Shown: positions 46,663-57,226 of the stretch, piece by piece | Numbering within the stretch: the stretch's first letter is position 1 | Layout: each line of letters starts with the position of its first letter | Source of the DNA: Euryarchaeota archaeon UBA552 | GTDB lineage: Archaea > Thermoplasmatota > Poseidoniia > Poseidoniales > Thalassarchaeaceae | Direction: 5' to 3' | Assembly: GCA_002499585.1 (NCBI GenBank) | Contig: DAMH01000011.1 | Location: 15,195 to 79,194, forward strand | DNA: 64,000 nt | The notes under the pieces: generated by a model | Told to the model about the DNA's origin: nothing | Database searches by the model: none | What the model saw: the letters and a program-made list of their open reading frames with translations, nothing else | Program-made: the position numbers and the translations under genes

Positions 46663-49518
46663 ATGCAGAACACAGCAGCAAGGGTCGTGGTGTTTGGCGA
46701 GATAGACATTCCCTTCTGGTCAGAGGAAGGTTTCAGACTCGCAATTTGTGAGGAGACCGGGTCTAGATTCTGGACAAGGGATCAAACTAGGACCACGTCG
46801 GGTGACACCCAAAGAGACCCTTACACCTTCATCGGGAAACCGATTATCTCAGGCTATGATGTCCGGGGAAGCCCGCTGAAGGATGCCATGAGGCACGAAT
46901 TCTTGACTTTCTTTGAGGATCGCGGGCACAAGAAAATCGCCCCTTACCCAGTTGTCGCACGATGGAGAGATGACATCCACCTCACGATCGCTAGCATCGC
47001 AGATTTTCAGCCCCATGTGACTTCTGGGAAAACACCTCCTCCCGCAAATCCCCTGACAATAAGTCAACCATGCATCAGATTGACTGATGTGGCTGCTGTC
47101 GGACGCAGCGGCAGACATCTAACAACATTCGAGATGATGGCCCATCACGCCTTCAATCGCGAAGCAAGTGACGATTTTCACTACTGGATAGACAAATGCG
47201 TCCGCCTTTGTGATGAATTGCTGACGGAGTCATTTGGCATCATTGGCACGGATATCACTTATGTCGAAAATCCGTGGTCCGGCGGGGGAAATGCCGGCGC
47301 AGCACTGGAGGTCATAGTTGGAGGACTTGAACTAGCAACACTTGTTTTTATGGATTTAGAGGAACATCCAGAGGGAGATACAGAAATCAAAGGGCTAATG
47401 TATCGAAAAATGGATCAGAAAATCATAGACACTGGATACGGTCTTGAGAGGTTCTGCTGGGCAGCGGCAGGAACTCCAACGATTTACGAGGCAGTTTATC
47501 CAGAAACTGTGTCTAACTTACGAAAGATTACAGATTTCGACAACAGAGTAAAATCACTTGGATTGCCGATTGACATGGATTACCTTTTGGGCGAGCTTTC
47601 CAGACTCGCCGGAATTTTGAACATTGATGTCGGTACTGACGCTGAGGAGCTGTATGTCTCGCTTGCCGCGAAAATATCAGGGGGAAAAATCCAGATATCG
47701 GTGGATCAACTCAAGGAGATAACCGAGCCCCTGTCCTTAATTTATGCAATCCCTGACCACCTCCAAGCAGTGTGTTCCATGCTTGGAGACGGATTAGTCC
47801 CCAGCAATTCCAAAGCAGGTTACCTCCCGAGAATGTTGGCTAGAAGGGTCTGTAGGATGAAGGCTGAATTGGGAATCAATCTATCATTGGCTGAATTGGG
47901 GCAAAAGCACATTGATAATCACATGAGGGCTCTGGATAAGTCATCTGTTGAGGGTATTTTGCTCATGCTGAAATCAGAGGAGGAAAAATATAACTCGATG
48001 CTACAGAGAGGCAGATCTGCAGTCAAAACTGCTCTCAAGGACATTCACAAAAACGCAAGTTCGATTGATGACCAAATACTCATCAGGCTTGCCGAGGAAA
48101 GGGGCATTCAACCAGATATGACACTAACTATCGCTAGAGAGTCTGGATGGGAAAACCTCGAGATAAGAGTGGGATTTTCTGCTGAAATGGCAGCTAGGAG
48201 CGCTGACAGGACCAAACAAGAGTCCCTCCGAAAGGCAAGTAAAGAAACATATCAAATCCAACATGACAGGCCAACAGTACGACTATTTGATCAGGATCCC
48301 GATATCCTTGAATTCAAGGCCAGAGTGGTATTTTGCGAAAAAATAATTTCGAGGGACGAGGAGGGAAGTCCAGAGAGGTGGGTGGTAGCGCTAGATCAAT
48401 CCGCATTTTACCCCACAAGTGGTGGACAAGAGTGCGATCTCGGTTGGATTGAAAACTCAAGGGTCACAGAAGTCACGTCGGAAAAAGGGATAATTTTACA
48501 CTATATTGAGACCGAGTTGCCGGGCTCAGAAGTGACTGGAAGAGTAGACAGAAAAAGACGAAAGCAGATCACACAACATCACTCGGCTGTTCATGTGGTC
48601 GGAGGTTCTGCAAGGAAAGTACTCGGGCAGCATGTATGGCAGGCGGGGTCGTACAAGAGCAGAGACCTGGCCAGGCTTGATATAACACACTTCGAGCGAT
48701 TGACAAGAGCACAGCTGGATCAAATTGAGGATCATGCGAATTTGATTGTCGAAAGTAGCATCGATATCGACATTAAAGTAGTTCCCAGATCTCACGCCGA
48801 CGAATTCTATGGATTCACCATATACCAGGGGGGAGCTCCCAAACACGACAGAATAAGAATTGTTGATATCAATGGACATGACACACAGGCATGCGGGGGA
48901 ACGCACGTTGGCAACACCTCCGAAATAAGCGATATTCGACTGGTACGCTCCAGTCAAGTCCAAGACGGGGTGGAACGTCTCGTTGTCATGGCAGGAGAGG
49001 CAGCCAGAGAACACGCCAGGCAACAAACTGAGATTCTGACAAAGTCTGCGGATATTCTTGGAGTGCAGCCAGAGGACCTACCTAAGGCCGTTGACAGATT
49101 CTTCAGAGAATGGAAAGATCAGAGGAAGACGATCGAAAATCTAAGGGCAGAAGTCACCAGGATCAGAGCTGGCGGAGACTCATCGGCTACGAATAAAGAC
49201 GGGGTGAGGTACGTACTCATGGAAATGGAAGGGGAATTTCGGGACTTAATGTCAACATTGGGCGAGTTGACCAGAGACCCACAAAACCCAACTGTTGCGA
49301 TACTTGCAAGTCGAAGCGGAGGAGGAAAGATCGTAGTTGCCATCACAGAGGATACGATTGCATCCAAACGACACAATGCGGCAACCATAGTGAAGGCAAT
49401 GGCCCCCTCGATCAAGGGGTCAGGCGGCGGAAAGCCCACTATGGCACAAGCCAGCGGCAAGGACCCTGAAGGAATGGAATCAGCAATGTCAGCGGCTAGG
49501 TCTGAATTAGGCATCTAA
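46663..49518 (+). CDS. alaS: Alanine--tRNA ligase, archaeal type
   Basis: 951 aa. Class II aaRS core. Editing-domain motif HSAVHVVGG...CGGTHV (HxxxH and CxxxH zinc site). C-terminal DHHA1-like region. Architecture and length fit archaeal AlaRS. Confidence 0.85.
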   Translation: MQNTAARVVVFGEIDIPFWSEEGFRLAICEETGSRFWTRDQTRTTSGDTQRDPYTFIGKPIISGYDVRGSPLKDAMRHEFLTFFEDRGHKKIAPYPVVARWRDDIHLTIASIADFQPHVTSGKTPPPANPLTISQPCIRLTDVAAVGRSGRHLTTFEMMAHHAFNREASDDFHYWIDKCVRLCDELLTESFGIIGTDITYVENPWSGGGNAGAALEVIVGGLELATLVFMDLEEHPEGDTEIKGLMYRKMDQKIIDTGYGLERFCWAAAGTPTIYEAVYPETVSNLRKITDFDNRVKSLGLPIDMDYLLGELSRLAGILNIDVGTDAEELYVSLAAKISGGKIQISVDQLKEITEPLSLIYAIPDHLQAVCSMLGDGLVPSNSKAGYLPRMLARRVCRMKAELGINLSLAELGQKHIDNHMRALDKSSVEGILLMLKSEEEKYNSMLQRGRSAVKTALKDIHKNASSIDDQILIRLAEERGIQPDMTLTIARESGWENLEIRVGFSAEMAARSADRTKQESLRKASKETYQIQHDRPTVRLFDQDPDILEFKARVVFCEKIISRDEEGSPERWVVALDQSAFYPTSGGQECDLGWIENSRVTEVTSEKGIILHYIETELPGSEVTGRVDRKRRKQITQHHSAVHVVGGSARKVLGQHVWQAGSYKSRDLARLDITHFERLTRAQLDQIEDHANLIVESSIDIDIKVVPRSHADEFYGFTIYQGGAPKHDRIRIVDINGHDTQACGGTHVGNTSEISDIRLVRSSQVQDGVERLVVMAGEAAREHARQQTEILTKSADILGVQPEDLPKAVDRFFREWKDQRKTIENLRAEVTRIRAGGDSSATNKDGVRYVLMEMEGEFRDLMSTLGELTRDPQNPTVAILASRSGGGKIVVAITEDTIASKRHNAATIVKAMAPSIKGSGGGKPTMAQASGKDPEGMESAMSAARSELGI

Positions 49519-49555
49519 ATCGGCGCCTTCATGTGCCTCGTATCGATGGGGATAC

Positions 49556-50758
49556 ATGGACGGGATCCCTGTGTCTAACCGGGCCGCCTCGATCGAGTAC
49601 GCCATCCGAGATGTCGTAGTACCTGCAAACGAGCTAGAAAAGAAGGGGTTTGAACTAATTAAGCTGAATATCGGCGATCCCCTTTCCTACCCCGGTTTAC
49701 CGACACCTGAACACATGGTAGAGGCTTTCAAACAAGCCCTAGAAAGGCAAGACAACGGCTACGGCCCGTCCTACGGGATCGAACCTCTGAGGGCGGAGAT
49801 TGCAAAGGATGAGTTTTCCAAAGGCTGGAATTGTTCATCTGAAGATGTCTATGTAACACACGGGGTCACAGAAGCTTTGCAAATATTGTTCGCTGCGTTT
49901 TTGCAGGACGGCGACACGGTCCTAGCACCTGGTCCTCATTACCCGCCGTACATGGCTTATCCACAGATGTACGGTGCTACAACCGTCGAATATGCCCTAA
50001 ATCCAGACGATGGATGGTCAATTGAAGTCGAGGACATACGCCGTAAGATGAATGAGAGTGTACGGTTCATCGTGTTGATTAACCCAAACAACCCCACTGG
50101 CAATGTGGCAACAGAGTCCGAAATTAAAGAAGTGCTTGAAATAGCTAAGAAATGGCCTAATTGCACCATCATTGCAGATGAGATATACGATGGCCTGGAC
50201 TTTTCAGGAGGTCAAAAATCCATAGCTTCCCTGTCATCAGATGTTCCAGTCGTGACACTAAACGGAGTCTCGAAGGTACACTTCGCCCCTGGCTGGAGAA
50301 TAGGGTACATGGCATTTCATGACCCCAATGGCAAGATGCATGCTCCAAGAGATGGCGTAGAGAGACTGCTGAGGAGCAGACTTTGCGCCTCAACACCGGC
50401 CCAGCACGGGTATCTCGCAGCACTCCAACAGGATAGAACATGGCTCAGTGAAAGAGTCGCCAAAATCAAGCGAAGGGTAGACCTGTGCTTGAACAGGATA
50501 CATGAAATCGATGGACTGTCATGCAACTCCCCTGGTGGTGCATTTTACCTATTTCCGAAGATAGAGAATGCGGGCAAATTCAAATCGGACAAAAATTTTG
50601 TTCTAGACTTACTCCACAAGGAACACGTCTTGGTCGTCCATGGATCGGGATTCTCCCCATTACATGGATCCGGACACTTTCGCATGGTAGCTCTTGCACC
50701 GGAGGAGATATTGAACGAGGCCTTTGATAGAATTGAGAGATTCATGAGGTCTGTTTGA
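49556..50758 (+). CDS. Pyridoxal-phosphate-dependent aminotransferase, class I (aspartate/alanine aminotransferase family)
   Basis: INPNNPTGNV motif. PLP-lysine motif SKVHFAPGWRIGY. About 400 aa. Confidence 0.8.
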   Translation: MDGIPVSNRAASIEYAIRDVVVPANELEKKGFELIKLNIGDPLSYPGLPTPEHMVEAFKQALERQDNGYGPSYGIEPLRAEIAKDEFSKGWNCSSEDVYVTHGVTEALQILFAAFLQDGDTVLAPGPHYPPYMAYPQMYGATTVEYALNPDDGWSIEVEDIRRKMNESVRFIVLINPNNPTGNVATESEIKEVLEIAKKWPNCTIIADEIYDGLDFSGGQKSIASLSSDVPVVTLNGVSKVHFAPGWRIGYMAFHDPNGKMHAPRDGVERLLRSRLCASTPAQHGYLAALQQDRTWLSERVAKIKRRVDLCLNRIHEIDGLSCNSPGGAFYLFPKIENAGKFKSDKNFVLDLLHKEHVLVVHGSGFSPLHGSGHFRMVALAPEEILNEAFDRIERFMRSV

Positions 50759-51774
50759 TGGGCCTCAGGCATAGAATTAGATCTCTAACATCATCCAAGG
50801 TGAAGAATCGTCTGTTCTACGGCGATAAGGGATCGATACATGACAAACGTCGCGATTATGCGCCTGTTGGGTTAGTGAAGTCTGATTTTTTATCCTCCTT
50901 TGTGGATAACATGGCCGCCAGAGTCGGCCCCGATGCGTTGAGAACCCTCAGATATGCCTCCAGTGATGAGTGGGCGGCCACCCTCGAGTCCACGGGCTTT
51001 AGCTGGTCGGGCCCCGATCCAAATAAATGGAGAGGTTTTCGTGAGTTTTGGAGGGACGAAGGACATCAAAGCGCTGTGCTCATCACGGAGGCCGAGGGGA
51101 AGAAATACATCATTGAATCATCCGCACCAATCCCGATAGCAGCTGGCAATATGCGTGCTGCACTGGAGTACTCCACCCGAGTAGGACTCCGGGTCGGGCT
51201 GGAGACAATTAGTGAGAGTTCAGCAATCATGTCGGTACAATACTCGAGAAAACGAGCGAAAGATCGTCCAATTTCAACTGATAAACCAGTCAAGAAGGAA
51301 CTAGGAAACCTAACTGCAATTAATTCCGATGAGATTACTCTCCAGCGGGAAGGAGGGATATACTGGTTAGATTCGAGATGCTCGATCTTACCCTTCAGAC
51401 TCATGGATCTATGGAGGATGGAGGCTGGGTTTATCCAAAATATCGAATTTAATGGTAATGAGGAATCATGGGAAGAGTCCGTTTGCAAATCAATAAGTCA
51501 GTGTTTCATAGAATCTGGTGACTTGATAATGGTCGAAAATGATGCGTCATGGTTTGAGATCTCAAAGCGTAGGATATCGAGGATGGGATTCGGAATTTTA
51601 CAAAGTGCAAAAATGTGTGATGGGGTACTCACACTAATTCTTCAGGGTTCTGCCCAGCCGTATGTAGTCGCAGGTTTTTACATGGGATATGTATACAGAG
51701 CCTACGGAAAAAAAATACTTCCGAAATGGGGTCCGGAATCCGATGGTTTTCACTTAAAATTCAATCTGAATTGA
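50755..51774 (+). CDS. Hypothetical protein (339 aa), start overlaps the aminotransferase stop (ATGA)
   Basis: ORF only. Translationally coupled to the upstream aminotransferase. No recognisable catalytic motif. Confidence 0.4.
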   Translation: MMGLRHRIRSLTSSKVKNRLFYGDKGSIHDKRRDYAPVGLVKSDFLSSFVDNMAARVGPDALRTLRYASSDEWAATLESTGFSWSGPDPNKWRGFREFWRDEGHQSAVLITEAEGKKYIIESSAPIPIAAGNMRAALEYSTRVGLRVGLETISESSAIMSVQYSRKRAKDRPISTDKPVKKELGNLTAINSDEITLQREGGIYWLDSRCSILPFRLMDLWRMEAGFIQNIEFNGNEESWEESVCKSISQCFIESGDLIMVENDASWFEISKRRISRMGFGILQSAKMCDGVLTLILQGSAQPYVVAGFYMGYVYRAYGKKILPKWGPESDGFHLKFNLN

Positions 51775-51858
51775 TCGGGCCTCGTTGCCCCCCTACGCCC
51801 AACGGTTATATCCGGGGGACAGCGGAACAGGAGCAGCCTTGTCGCGGGGAGGGCCACT

Positions 51859-54800
51859 ATGCAGCTAAATCACAACCAGTATGCCATCGGCGCAATAGTC
51901 GCAACTTTGTGCTTGGCCGGACTCTACACTGTAGTTGACGCAATGCTGAGCACCAGTCAAACGGTAGGTTACTATGAGCCTGCAGCGGACGACATCTTCC
52001 TAGATGAAGACGAAGAGCAAATCACTGGCGAAGACTCCGACGGTGACGGAATCCCCAACAGGATGGAAGAAACACTGTACGGCACGAGTAAACTGTCACC
52101 TGACACCGATGGCGACGGGCTCGGTGACGGCTGGGAGATCGAGAATGGATTGGACCCACTCGACAGTGGAGAGGCGAGAATAACAGAACTGACATTCGAA
52201 AATCCAGATGCAGATTCTGAGGCGGGCGATCAAAACGAGACTTTCCCAGACCCGGACAATGGTCCTAACGGTGACCCCGACAGGGATGGCCTCACAAACA
52301 TCGAGGAGGCTGAAATCGGAACCAACCCTAGTGTTAGAGACTCTGATGGTGACGGACTGAACGACCTTTGGGAGTCTCTGTACTCGATCGAAATAACCGT
52401 ATCCGGATCTGAATCGTTTACCTTATTGGACCCCCTAAATCCAAACTGGGACTGCCCACTGCTAACTGCAACGAAGAAAGCAGAATTGGAACAAGCAATC
52501 GGCAGCAGTATATGGAAGGAGCTCGCCACGGGCCCCTTTGGTGAACATTCATGCGATGCCGTCCTCGACCTTGAGCCATCAGGCGGAGATACCCTTCACA
52601 ACTATCTCGAAGAACAATATTCCACCAACCCCCTCTCCGATGACAGCGATGAGGACCTGATACCCGACAGGGTCGAGGTTGCATTCGGCATTCAATACCT
52701 GGATGTGAGCTGTGGCCGATTCACTTTTTCGGTTGTAACAAAAGATGCACCCTACACTTCTATGATGACCGACGCCAACGACCAATCTTGGTTCTCTGAG
52801 GACATGGATGGCGATGGCAAGTTCAATGGGCCGGGAGATTGGGACACCGATGGTGACGGAATGCCCGACGGTTTCGAATATTGCTATGACGACACACTCG
52901 ATCCACTAAGTCCCACAGACGCCTATGGGGACCCTGATCAAGACGGCCTCAACAACCTACAGGAATACGAAGTTGCTTACACTTGGGGCCCAATCAACTT
53001 CACCAGCCCCTCGTCAAGCGACACTGATGGTGACAACATGCCTGATGGCTGGGAGCACCTGAATGGAATCAACCCCCGGGATGGAATGAACGGAATTGAA
53101 GACCCAGACATGGACGGTTTCGATTCCGATGGTGACGGTTCCGTATTCTATCGCGATCTGGTTGGCGTTTCAACAGTACAATCAATCTCTGTAGAAATTG
53201 GCGATTTCGTACAGAAAAACCAGACATTAATTTGGATCAGGACTGTTCAAGATCTGGCCTACATAAACATCCCGTTGAAAGCCCATCAAGATGGTTTCAT
53301 TTACGATATTAGCATAGAAGTCGGAGAAGAAGTCGAACGGAGAAGCCAATCTCTGATGACCATAGTCGAAGGCCATGAAAGACTGACAAACCTCGACGAA
53401 TATGAGGCCAGAGACCTCAACAAAGACGGAATCGTCGACGGCAGATCAACGAATCCCATGAATCCAGATACGGATGGCGACGGACTAATTGACGGTATCG
53501 AAGTGATCGGGTGGACAATAAGGATCGTGGATGGCACGGCTCGAGATATCAAAGTCAGGAGTGATCCAGGAGTTTTCGACTCAGATGCCGACGGCCTTTC
53601 GGACTCCGTTGAATATTACACCACATACACAAATGCCACAGACAGGGACACCGATAGCGACGGAATTGAAGACTTCACAGAGGCTATGGACGGTTTCCAG
53701 TGGAACGGCTCGGTCTATTTCACAAATGCATCCAGATTGGATAGTGACAATGATGGATTGGACGACAGAGAAGAAGTAATCGCCGGACAGGATCAATATG
53801 TCACAAATGCATCAGACATCGATAGCGATGATGATGATCTGAAAGATGGCTTCGAAGTTTTGAATATACCCCGGCCATGGCAAACTGCTACCAACCCCCT
53901 AGATCCAGATACAGACGGAGATTTACAGCCTGATGGCTGGGAGATGCAAATCACCTCGGTGGAGGATGACACCGTCAGTCACAGTCTCTGGATAGCCCCC
54001 GATAACTGGCTCCCGCCTGGGTGCCTATCCTTGATCGAGTGCGGAAGAGGCCCAGGCGGGTGGATATGGGACAACTATCTTCAGGGCTTCTCATCTTCCG
54101 GAGACCCCGACGGGGATGGTAAACTAAACCCCACATATTCATTCTCAGAACTGAATCTCACTGGATTCACGATACCAGACAACGGTAGATGGGCATTAGA
54201 TCCAAGTTTCGGCAGTCTCCCAGATTCATCGTTTGATGCAGACAACGATTCCCTGCCAAATTTGATGGAAATTCCCTCCAGATGGGATACAAACCCAGTC
54301 AAGGTAGACACCGACGGGGACCTCCTGCCAGATGGCTGGGAAGTGACATACAATGAATTCGCTGTTACTTACGGGAACATCACTCTTTCTGTGACTGAAA
54401 GAGGCCCCCTCGATCCAAAAATGATAGATTCTGACGGAGATGGAATAAACGACGGATCCGAAGACCTTGACTCAGATGGTCTGAATGTCATGCACTTGAT
54501 GAACAAATACTGCCCAGGGTGGAACGATCCTCAGAATTCCGCGTGCCACATAGACCCTTCAACACCAAGCGGATCAATATTTTATAATGATCTTGGAAAC
54601 TACACAAACTACGAAGAGTACCAGAATGGGACCCACCCAATTCTGAATGACACAGATGGAGATTTGTGGCTCGACGGAAGCGAGGTTTACCATCAAGATC
54701 AGGATGACGACTCGATGTGGAGTGGCTGGGAGTACTACTTTGGTTTGGATCCGTTCGATCCATCTGATGCTACTATAGACTCAGACGCGGATGGATACAG

Positions 54801-54888
54801 CAACAAATGTGAGAACAAATACAACACGAATCCATTGAACCCACTTTCATTCCCAGGGCAGGGAGAACTATGCAATCAGTTCGACTAA
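51859..54888 (+). CDS. N-terminally anchored surface protein (1009 aa) rich in acidic calcium-binding (thrombospondin type 3-like) repeats, with an embedded biotin/lipoyl-like barrel motif
   Basis: N-terminal TM AIGAIVATLCLAGLYTVV. Many DxDxDGxxDxxE repeats (DSDGDGIPNRME, DTDGDGLGDGWE, DTDGDNMPDGWE and others). Internal segment VEIGDFVQKNQTLIWI...INIPLKAHQDGFIYDISIEVGEEVERRSQSLMTI fits the barrel-sandwich hybrid pattern. Confidence 0.65.
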   Translation: MQLNHNQYAIGAIVATLCLAGLYTVVDAMLSTSQTVGYYEPAADDIFLDEDEEQITGEDSDGDGIPNRMEETLYGTSKLSPDTDGDGLGDGWEIENGLDPLDSGEARITELTFENPDADSEAGDQNETFPDPDNGPNGDPDRDGLTNIEEAEIGTNPSVRDSDGDGLNDLWESLYSIEITVSGSESFTLLDPLNPNWDCPLLTATKKAELEQAIGSSIWKELATGPFGEHSCDAVLDLEPSGGDTLHNYLEEQYSTNPLSDDSDEDLIPDRVEVAFGIQYLDVSCGRFTFSVVTKDAPYTSMMTDANDQSWFSEDMDGDGKFNGPGDWDTDGDGMPDGFEYCYDDTLDPLSPTDAYGDPDQDGLNNLQEYEVAYTWGPINFTSPSSSDTDGDNMPDGWEHLNGINPRDGMNGIEDPDMDGFDSDGDGSVFYRDLVGVSTVQSISVEIGDFVQKNQTLIWIRTVQDLAYINIPLKAHQDGFIYDISIEVGEEVERRSQSLMTIVEGHERLTNLDEYEARDLNKDGIVDGRSTNPMNPDTDGDGLIDGIEVIGWTIRIVDGTARDIKVRSDPGVFDSDADGLSDSVEYYTTYTNATDRDTDSDGIEDFTEAMDGFQWNGSVYFTNASRLDSDNDGLDDREEVIAGQDQYVTNASDIDSDDDDLKDGFEVLNIPRPWQTATNPLDPDTDGDLQPDGWEMQITSVEDDTVSHSLWIAPDNWLPPGCLSLIECGRGPGGWIWDNYLQGFSSSGDPDGDGKLNPTYSFSELNLTGFTIPDNGRWALDPSFGSLPDSSFDADNDSLPNLMEIPSRWDTNPVKVDTDGDLLPDGWEVTYNEFAVTYGNITLSVTERGPLDPKMIDSDGDGINDGSEDLDSDGLNVMHLMNKYCPGWNDPQNSACHIDPSTPSGSIFYNDLGNYTNYEEYQNGTHPILNDTDGDLWLDGSEVYHQDQDDDSMWSGWEYYFGLDPFDPSDATIDSDADGYSNKCENKYNTNPLNPLSFPGQGELCNQFD

Positions 54889-54922
54889 GTTCATGTGACA
54901 ACAAACCAGGTTTGACAGTGCA

Positions 54923-55369
54923 ATGACGTTTCCAACTTGGTCAATATTGCCGACGACTGCCGATATTGGTTTCATCGCCGAGGCGCCCTCACTGTCAGAA
55001 TTGTTCAGCGTCTCTGCAGCTGCTTTACAATCAATTAGACTCGGTCTTAGGCCCTCCGAAGAATTCCCAGCAAAAAAAGGAGCGAATTTTACCATCTCAA
55101 TAAAGAGGTCCGACAGGGTGGACAGAGATCTTGTTTCATGGCTCGAAGAGATCAACTGGACTGCTGAAGACAAGGCTTCAGTGGTCCATGTCGAAAGATT
55201 AGATTTTTCCGGGAATAACCTGGTCGCCAAATGTCTGATACAGCCTGCAGAGGCCGAACCGGCGATAGAAATTAAGGCTGTAACACATCATGAACTGAAA
55301 GTTTCCCAGTTGAAATCACCATCAGGGGATGTCGAAGGATTCAGGGCAAGAGTCATTCTAGACGTCTAG
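54923..55369 (+). CDS. Archease (RtcB activator / tRNA-processing chaperone)
   Basis: TADIGFIAEAPSLSELFSVSAAAL (archease N-terminal motif HTADiG) and C-terminal IKAVTHHELKV (KAvTyH). Length 148 aa. Confidence 0.75.
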   Translation: MTFPTWSILPTTADIGFIAEAPSLSELFSVSAAALQSIRLGLRPSEEFPAKKGANFTISIKRSDRVDRDLVSWLEEINWTAEDKASVVHVERLDFSGNNLVAKCLIQPAEAEPAIEIKAVTHHELKVSQLKSPSGDVEGFRARVILDV

Positions 55370-55370
55370 G

Positions 55371-56423
55371 TTAACCGTCGATCTCAAATCCCCTGTAAAC
55401 CTCATTCGTCGTTTGGGTGACTCTGATAAATGTCGTGCATTTTGGTAGATCCTTGATCCTCCGGGCCCCAACATACGAGCAACTAGACCTCAGCCCCCCC
55501 AGTATAGCCTGCACTGTGATCGACAGAGGCCCCCTGTAGGGAACCCGAACCGCTTTCCCTTCTGGAGCCCTGTGCTGGGCTATCTCTCCATAATGTCTCT
55601 CCATCGCTGTCGAGGAAGACATTCCGTGGAAGGACTTGTAGAGGCGTCCGTCTTCACCACTCTCTATCTCTCCCCCCGACTCGTCATGACCGGCAAACAT
55701 TCCTCCGAGCATCACGAAGTCGGCCCCTGCAGCAAATGCCTTTGCCAAGTCCCCGGGCGAGTTACAGCCCCCATCCGCCATCACATGACCACCGAGCCCG
55801 TGAGCTGCGTCTGCACATTCGGCGATCGCAGATAGTTGTGGATATCCGACGCCTGCAACTTTCCGAGTAGTGCAGACAGAACCTGGCCCTATGCCAACTT
55901 TGACGATATCTGCGCCTGCTAATATCAGTGCCTCAGTCATTTCATTTGTGGCAACGTTCCCTGCAATTATTATCTTGTCAGGGTATTGTGACCGAACCAC
56001 TTTTACAAATTCTAAGAAGACCTCTCGATACCCATTCGCGACGTCAATACAAATCATAGACAACTTCTCGTTCGTTGCCATCTTCCTCTTCAGCAACTGT
56101 AGTGACTCGTCTGTAGATCCACAGGTAACCGCAACAAACTCAGGGTCCACACCACTGGCCCACGCGCTCTCTAGATCCTTGACTGAGTAAAACTTCTGCA
56201 GACACGTAAGCATATTGTGCCCCTGAAGAGCCATTGCAACGTCAAAAACACCTGTCGTATCCATGTTGGCTGCTGCAATGGGAACTCCGGACCATTTTTT
56301 CGATGTGTGCCTGAATGAGAACTCGCGCGCCAATGAGACGTCTGATCTTGAAACCAGCGTGCTCCTCTTGGGGCGTATCATTACATCATCAAACGCTAAC
56401 TTAATTTCCCCTTCTACTCTCAT
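55371..56423 (-). CDS. guaC: GMP reductase (GuaC-type, bacterial-like IMPDH/GMPR family without CBS domains)
   Basis: From the ATG at 56423: [31 protein letters not shown]...[13 protein letters not shown]...ICIDVANGY...[18 protein letters not shown]...[30 protein letters not shown]...[14 protein letters not shown]. Near-colinear, high-identity match to enterobacterial GuaC as recalled from memory. The ORF as drawn extends to 56522 and would overlap the cupin gene. Confidence 0.85.
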   Translation of the reverse strand: MRVEGEIKLAFDDVMIRPKRSTLVSRSDVSLAREFSFRHTSKKWSGVPIAAANMDTTGVFDVAMALQGHNMLTCLQKFYSVKDLESAWASGVDPEFVAVTCGSTDESLQLLKRKMATNEKLSMICIDVANGYREVFLEFVKVVRSQYPDKIIIAGNVATNEMTEALILAGADIVKVGIGPGSVCTTRKVAGVGYPQLSAIAECADAAHGLGGHVMADGGCNSPGDLAKAFAAGADFVMLGGMFAGHDESGGEIESGEDGRLYKSFHGMSSSTAMERHYGEIAQHRAPEGKAVRVPYRGPLSITVQAILGGLRSSCSYVGARRIKDLPKCTTFIRVTQTTNEVYRGFEIDG

Positions 56424-56482
56424 CCGAACCTTACTAATCCAACGAAGGTGTGTTTTTGAGTCTGTTGATGAAGAATTAAAAT

Positions 56483-56998
56483 TTACTCTGACGACCTGTC
56501 GTAAGGCTCTATATTCTGCCATTCAGATGCATCCGATCGTGCCACTATTGCATGGACCCAGTCGGTGTCAGAACAGTTGAATACCTCATGAGGCAAACCA
56601 GGCTCTATGTAGAACATATCTCCCTCACTATGGACGACGGATTCCCTGCAACCTGGACCATATTCATGCCTGACGCTGCCTTTTAGAAGGTAAATCATTA
56701 CGTCAAAATCCACATGTATGTGCGCGTTCGCAATTCCGCCAGGTGGGATGTATGCCCTATTCATCGAAAGTCCAGTCGAGGGGGTGTTTTTTCCAGATAG
56801 ACCTGCACCGTACTCGATATTATTCCAGCCCCTGACTTTTTCAAGATCCCTCAGGCTCCATATCCCGCCCTCATCTGTGACATACTTTGACAGGTCAACT
56901 TGTTCACCCGACAGCTCCATTTCCTCTTCGGACATGATACCTCCATTATGTTCTCGCCAATATGGTTGTCGATTAATGCGTGTTGAGCGGTCAAGCAT
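56483..56998 (-). CDS. Cupin-domain protein
   Basis: YIPPGGIANAHIHVDFDVMIYLLKGSVRHEYG is the two-His cupin motif 1. Motif 2 follows downstream. Confidence 0.6.
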   Translation of the reverse strand: MLDRSTRINRQPYWREHNGGIMSEEEMELSGEQVDLSKYVTDEGGIWSLRDLEKVRGWNNIEYGAGLSGKNTPSTGLSMNRAYIPPGGIANAHIHVDFDVMIYLLKGSVRHEYGPGCRESVVHSEGDMFYIEPGLPHEVFNCSDTDWVHAIVARSDASEWQNIEPYDRSSE

Positions 56999-57226
56999 AA
57001 AAAGGAGGGGTAACTCGCAAGGCCGTCAGGTGAACGCGCATGAGGAAAAGGGCATCAATATGCAGCTCGTCGGGGATACCCCTAGTGGAACCCAAATCCA
57101 CTTCTTTCCCGTGTCCGATGTGTGGAGAACCGATAGGAAGAAGCGAGCGCTGCCGAGATCAGGGGGTACAGTACAGGTGCTCGAGTTGCTCTTTTGAGGG
57201 CCCCTGACAATATCGGAGGACTATCG

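Noticed and set aside
46663-46760. Degenerate N-terminal zinc-ribbon of AlaRS (CEETGSRFWT instead of CPxCGxxFWT)
   Set aside because: This is probably normal lineage variation of the archaeal AlaRS N-terminus, and there is not enough evidence for a meaningful anomaly.
56424-56522. Upstream 33-codon extension of guaC overlapping the cupin gene
   Set aside because: GuaC and IMPDH proteins start at the M-R-(I/V)-E...FDDV motif, which begins at the ATG at 56423.
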